A DNA stretch of 55,508 nt, counting the filler, from Catajapyx aquilonaris (lineage: Eukaryota), in NCBI GenBank assembly GCA_000934665.2. It is 2 parts of 2 records of this genome, joined end to end, with 100 filler letters (N's around TTAATTAATTAA, not from the genome) between each part and the next. Parts side by side here need not be neighbours in the genome. Positions count along the whole stretch, not along the records: positions 27,826 to 55,508 come from KZ539268.1; 1 more part is not named here. The stretch is one strand, 5' to 3'. The notes beneath the pieces were generated by a model. It ran no database searches, was not told the origin of the DNA, and worked only from the letters and a program-made list of their open reading frames with translations. This document shows, piece by piece, positions 49,901-55,508 of the stretch. The position numbers were made by a program, and so were the translations under genes. How positions within the stretch are numbered: the first letter of the stretch is position 1; every line of letters begins with the position of its first letter.

Positions 49901-52900
49901 TTTATTTATTTATTTATGAAGCACGTAGGTTTTTCCTCACGTGAATTTATGTATTTATTTATTTATACCGAGAAGGGCCTGTGAGAATTTCCGCTTGGAA
50001 AATATTAAATGTCCAAGGCTAGGGTGACTTGCTTGAAATGAGGCAAAACTTTCTAGCGTTGAAGTCGTCCAGATATTAACATGACGGTTCCACCCGGCAC
50101 TCTTGGACGAACTCAATGCACATTTATCACCAGTTTCAATTCGGCTGACAAAAAATTATACGCAAACATATTAGTGGGATGAGTTTTACAAAATATCGCC
50201 TTGCGACTGCAGTTCACGTTTGGAGGCACTTTGTGTATTTACTTAATAAATGCGATAACGCTGGATGCATCAACTGCGTATTCCAATATTTAACCATTTC
50301 TGGGCACAAATATTTATATAAACATTAAATCGCTTCTGTAAATAATTGTATCAATATCAAGCATGCTCCGAGTACAGGCACTATACACCAGCGTAAATAT
50401 GTGCAACATGTACTAATACTCTATTGAAATTTTGATTTCCAGTTGATATATATGGCCTCCCATGTGAAAGCAACATCCAACCAAAACCAATACGATAAAA
50501 TAGCAGAATAGGCAGAAAAAATAACCCCAGTAATACTGACCAGCAAAACGCTGCAATGCCACAAAGGAACCACTCCGCAGTAACTATACTGTGGAACTGC
50601 TTGACACACGAAGCGGCAATCAAATTATGATTTAAAATAATAATGATTCCAGTCAATAACGTGAATTATTCGTTTTGGCAACAATTAATATTGCAGCCCC
50701 ATTTCCATTACGCCTTCCCACTGTCCACGATTGCACATGACCGATTCGGGAAAATTAGTTCCGATCCTTCACATCGCTAAAAAATTAGCACGAAATAATT
50801 TCGACTACGCGCATTACACATCAAATTACGCGTAATAGCTTGTAATAATTTAAAGCCATTTACCACACTTGAACAGATTCGGAAATGAAAAGCCATAGGC
50901 CTCATTTCAGGCGCGAAAAGTGTCCATAGCACTCCAGGCGAAAAGAGTGGGGGGTGAAAAGGAGCGCAAAAAAAAGCGTCGATAGTAGTAAAAGCTCCGC
51001 GAGTGGTCGTGTGCTATAGACTGGCAAAATGGGAATAGCTGTGGGACTCCCTTGAGCCGCCCTCCTCCCTTCCCCGCCTCCCCCCGTCCCCCTCACGCGA
51101 ACTTGCAACACTTTCGCTATCTCTTCATTCACCAAAACTCTCCCCGACTCCCAGTCAAGTTCCTTCCCACCCCTGGAGAAAAACAACCCGCCGCCTCCAG
51201 ACCACGTGAGCGAGAGAGACGGGGAGGCCACCCCCTCCTCGTCTTGTCTTTTGGCCAAAATCTCTCCGGCTTTTTGGCTTCAATGTCGCCTCTGCGACTT
51301 GCAGTCTAGCATCTTCGTCCGTAAATCCTGCTGTCGAGATGCGAGTAAGCCGCAAATGTGTAGGCCCCGGATGAGCTGATATCTGCCAATTCGAAAGCGG
51401 GCGAATTGAATATTGCATTAACCTGCCGCCATAGCATAAATTGTCCCGGGATTAAATCATGACGTGACCGATAGTGCGCCGTCCTGTTTGGCGAGAGGGC
51501 CAATCACACGGTGTCCTGTTACCACCTGGCCTATAACGAGCCGTCCATCCCTGTCAAGAGTTGAGGTATTGCCAGTATGACCGTGCACGAATCACTCGTC
51601 TTTTACCAGTTATTTGCATACTAGGCTCGTGGCCAATCCGGGGGATGTCCCAAGCGTCCTTCGACTTCCTTGCCCCAATTAGTGACGTCCATTCCTTGCC
51701 CGCCACAGCCCCCATTCACTCCGTCCAAATCTCACGTTCAATCGCATCCTCACACAGTGCGGCCTGCATTTTTCGCAATACCCAGGTGCGATTCTTTCAC
51801 CCGAGCAAAAGCCTACACTTATCCATTATTAGGGCGTTAATATCTCATACACTGTTGTGTGATGTTTGGCAAGACATGGGTGTCGATGCGCGGCTCTTTC
51901 ACTTATTCAGTGCCGGCCCCCGCGGCCTACTTGTTTCCCGGAATTAAGACGTGTACTGTACATTATTCAGTGCACATTGATTACAGCAGTTCCGCTGCCC
52001 GGAAGGTATTAAATATGTACCATGCAGGTCCACATGTGGCGTTTCGAGACTTTTCTCACGATCCTCATCTTCAGCTAAAAAGTTAAGAAGTGGATTGGAA
52101 GGTATTGGCAGGTGCAGCTTTTTCGGTGTGTATGAGTACATGTGGGGGAGTTCACAGCGCCGTCGCTGTCAAATAGAAAGGGTTGTCCACATGAAGTGCA
52201 GGGGGGTGGATGTGAGGGTGATGTGGGGTTGGGAGGTGGGAGGTGGGGGGGGGGGGGAAATGAACGCCCATTTATGGCCCTGCTATTGATTTTTCCCCGC
52301 CGAAAGGCAGCAAACAGGAAGCAAAAAGTGCCCCCACCTACACCCCACCCCCCACCCACAGAGGGATGTGTCGCATACAAGCCACCCCATCCCACCCACC
52401 CTGCTCTCTCTCTCCCCCGCCACCCAACCATCCAATCCTCAAGCGAGGCAGAAAAATGGATTAGCGATTGGGCTGAGCGACTTTCCAGTTAGTTCCGGGG
52501 ATAAAACCTGCCTTACAGCCACCCAACCCCCTGTACCCGCAACGCACATACCTGCGTACCACACGCACCTTGACCCTTTGACCTTCGCCCCATTTTTTTT
52601 TCCTTCCTCCCCAGTCCCCACCTGCCTTCGGGACAGCATCCCAAGATTACGCCAGGCAAATCATTGTTGCGCAGACACCCCAAGTCAATAAATTACGTAA
52701 CGGGCAGATCTTACGCTGTCTCTTACATAAGGGGAGCGGGCTTAATATGACGTTAAACAAATTACACCGCTTTCGCTGTATTACATTTCCCTGTGACAGC
52801 TGAATTGATTTCACCTGAGAGATCGAACGCGTTTGATAGCAGCATTGCCAACCGCTCCGCTCCCAAGACATCAGCCCGACCCAGAAGAGCTCGGCAGAAA

Positions 52901-53059
52901 AAAAAAAAATGCTGAAGAGGATATCCAACAGGTAGCAGAAAAGTGTCAAGTTCTCGGCGCGACAGTGGAGCCGGAGGACGGGGAAGTGGGGAAGAGAGAA
53001 AAAAAAGTTCCCAATTTCCAACCCCGGCGCCTCAGCATGTCCCGCCAGCAGTCATGTGT

Positions 53060-53120
53060 CCAATCATCACCCGTCCCGTCACACGTCACCAATCACCACC
53101 CTTCATTCTTCGTGACCAAT
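53060..53120 (-). promoter_or_regulatory. Three regularly spaced CCAAT boxes; candidate distal bab promoter
   Basis: CCAATC at 53060, 53089 and 53116; possible minus-strand donor CAG|gtgaaa near 52815. Confidence 0.35.
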
Positions 53121-55508
53121 CGAGGTTTTGTCTTCTTCGCGGCTCAAGAAATCGAATGGAAAGCATTCCCGCGAAGCCTATACGTTCGATACTGATATAT
53201 CACTTTTACTAATCTAAAAAAAAAAGAGAGGCGATAACGTCTGCCGTGTACCGGAACTGTAAACATTTTCCAGCGCCCAACTAAACCCAACTTCAAAAAT
53301 AGCCCGCAAAATCCCAAAAGCGGCATGCAGATAACAGGATAGTACACCCTCCCACCACCGTCCGGCTTGAAAATACAAACCTTACGGTACGTGATTCAAA
53401 CGTCAATAACCCGCCTAGCATTGTACTGTTTAAATTACGCATAAATTACGGGCCCCATATATTTACGATTGCAGCAAGCAACATTAATTACCCGTTAATA
53501 TATTGCATAATTAACAATGCAAGTTATTAACGGTCATGCAACGCAATATTAGTTTTGTAAATAATAACCAGCGCAATTTAATAATTATTATCTGCGTGGG
53601 AGCAATAAATACATATCTATGTATGTACGTCGAAATTGCAGCGTACCGTACTACATAATTATGCTGTTGAAAATTTGGCCGAATCATTGGCGCACAATTA
53701 GTGATTTTCAAGGCTTCAGGGCACGTTTTGCTGTGATATGTCATATGGATGAATTCCGGGGAATTCCTCCATATGATACGACTTCTCCATCCACCTAATT
53801 CCCCGGTTTCTTTCCCTCTACGGGCCACTTGGCCCCTATCGAATCAGCTGGTCCCCCCTTTTCCCCACCCACCCCTGCCCTTGCAACCCCCACAAGATGG
53901 CACGCTCTCTCTCCCCCCCCATCCAATACTCCCCCAGGATCTCGATCATGCACTCACCTTTCCAGAGTCGACGTCGACGTCTCAGTCACCACCACGAAAC
54001 TTGCTGCTCACAGGCTGCAAATAAGAAAGCACCCAATTACCACGACTATCAACCTCTTTCGCCTCCCTCCCTCCACCCCCAGCCCCTGCCCCCCTTCCTA
54101 TCACCCGCACCTTCGCCATCGTGACAACAATCGGGGGGTGTCCCCCCCTGTCTATGGCGTGTGGTGTCCCCGATGACAAGTGCGGACAGCTCGGTTTTCC
54201 TTTGCTTTTCGGGCAGCTATGCTCGTGCACTACTCTGCGCCGCCGCGGTTATGCCCCCAGCTAGCTGCCGAGCTGCGCCCTGCCCATAAACCTAGCCCAT
54301 TAAAAACATTTTATAGCGAGCTATGCTGCTGGGGATGGTGGGGTGGGAGGGAGCTAGGGAGGGAGGGAAAAGCCTTGCTTGGCTTGCTATGTGGAGGGTT
54401 GCCTGGGAGGGAAGGGGGGGGGGNNNNNNNNNNNNNNNNNNNNNNNNNNNNNNNNNNNNNNNNNNNNNNNNNNNNNNNNNNNNNNNNNNNNNNNNNNNNN
54501 NNNNNNNNNNNNNNNNNNNNNNNNNNNNNNNNNNNNNNNNNNNNNNNNNNNNGGGGGGGGAAGCCGGGGGAAGAGCGTGATTCGCGCTCCCACCTCGGGA
54601 GTGCGGGAGTGTTTCTGGCAGATTCCAATCCCGGCCCTCCCCGAAGGCAATTCCTTCACGTGGGATGGTAATCAACGGTGCTTTTCACGCCTCGGGCGAC
54701 CTTTATGTATTTTGGCCACTTGCAAAAAAAATAAAAAAAATCATCGGTTTCGCGTTGTAGGCCTGTGGAAAACTGGCTGCTGAGACTAGGGGTTTTGCAC
54801 TGGGAGCATGTGAAAATTCCTGGTTGGGGTTCCGACGTACAGGTGGCACGGAGAGTCTGGCAGGTGTCAGCTCTACCTCGGCAACACTGAGGGAACTACT
54901 TTCAAGGACAGCCACGGGTAGTCTCCCGGGAAACCCTAATTTTATAAATATGACGGGCCTACGGAAGCTATTAAAATTTGATGCGGTGAATCCATAAGAT
55001 GGGAGGGGGAGTAATCCAGTTTCCTGGGGTGACTTCCCCTCTCGATCAGCTGATGTGTGTCACCCGCTAAGTAGATCGTTTCTAATGACTTTGGGTTGAC
55101 CCTGCTTCATTGTCACTAGTATTATATCGGCTACATCCCTTTCGGACAACTCCTCTAAGGTGATGGTTATCGAAATGTGTCTACGATTACCATATAGAGC
55201 GGAACTCTTATTTCCTGGATACATTGATCAAACTGTCGTTTTACCAATTCAAATTAGTAAGAAAAGCTCTGATTATGTATTGTTACATAATCTAAGGTTA
55301 ACTTGAGTTGATACAGCATAAGCATTAGTTTTCCAACATAACACCGCACATACGGTGAATTTAGTACAGCATTATGAAAAACGGTCCAAAGACGTGCTGA
55401 AGCCTAAGTTTGCACTTGGAGCTCCGAAACTGCCTTAATTGATATTCACCCCGGGTATGTTTAAAGATTCGCCAGCAGTCCTCCGTTCCCGTAAGAACTG
55501 GCCGTATC

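Overview
Eukaryotic genomic DNA, almost certainly arthropod because it carries a tramtrack-group BTB gene. It is intron-rich and comes from a gapped draft assembly; most ORFs in the supplied track are noise. Three spliced genes were rebuilt by hand from GT-AG sites and codon phase. (1) BSDC1-like BSD-domain gene, + strand, 7 exons, 1257-3908, about 341 aa. (2) R-spondin gene, + strand: a signal-peptide exon at 10975-11092, a ~16 kb first intron, then FU1, FU2 and TSP1 exons at 27058-27725, cut by a gap. It keeps the ZNRF3/RNF43-contact residues of FU1 but lacks both LGR-binding phenylalanines of FU2. (3) bric-a-brac (bab) BTB-pipsqueak gene, - strand, 46958 to ~28341. Four shared exons can splice in the same phase to three different DNA-binding 3' modules: a single psq HTH, a psq plus CENP-B-like HTH pair resembling a pogo-type transposase DNA-binding region, and the canonical BabCD psq plus AT-hook. 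Intergenic and intronic DNA holds many short non-autonomous DNA transposons, including nested clusters at 7.0-7.9 kb and 8.6-9.8 kb. A 100-bp placeholder gap with a synthetic TTAATTAATTAA linker separates the R-spondin and bab 3' ends. Family assignments rest on recalled sequence motifs; no database search was run.
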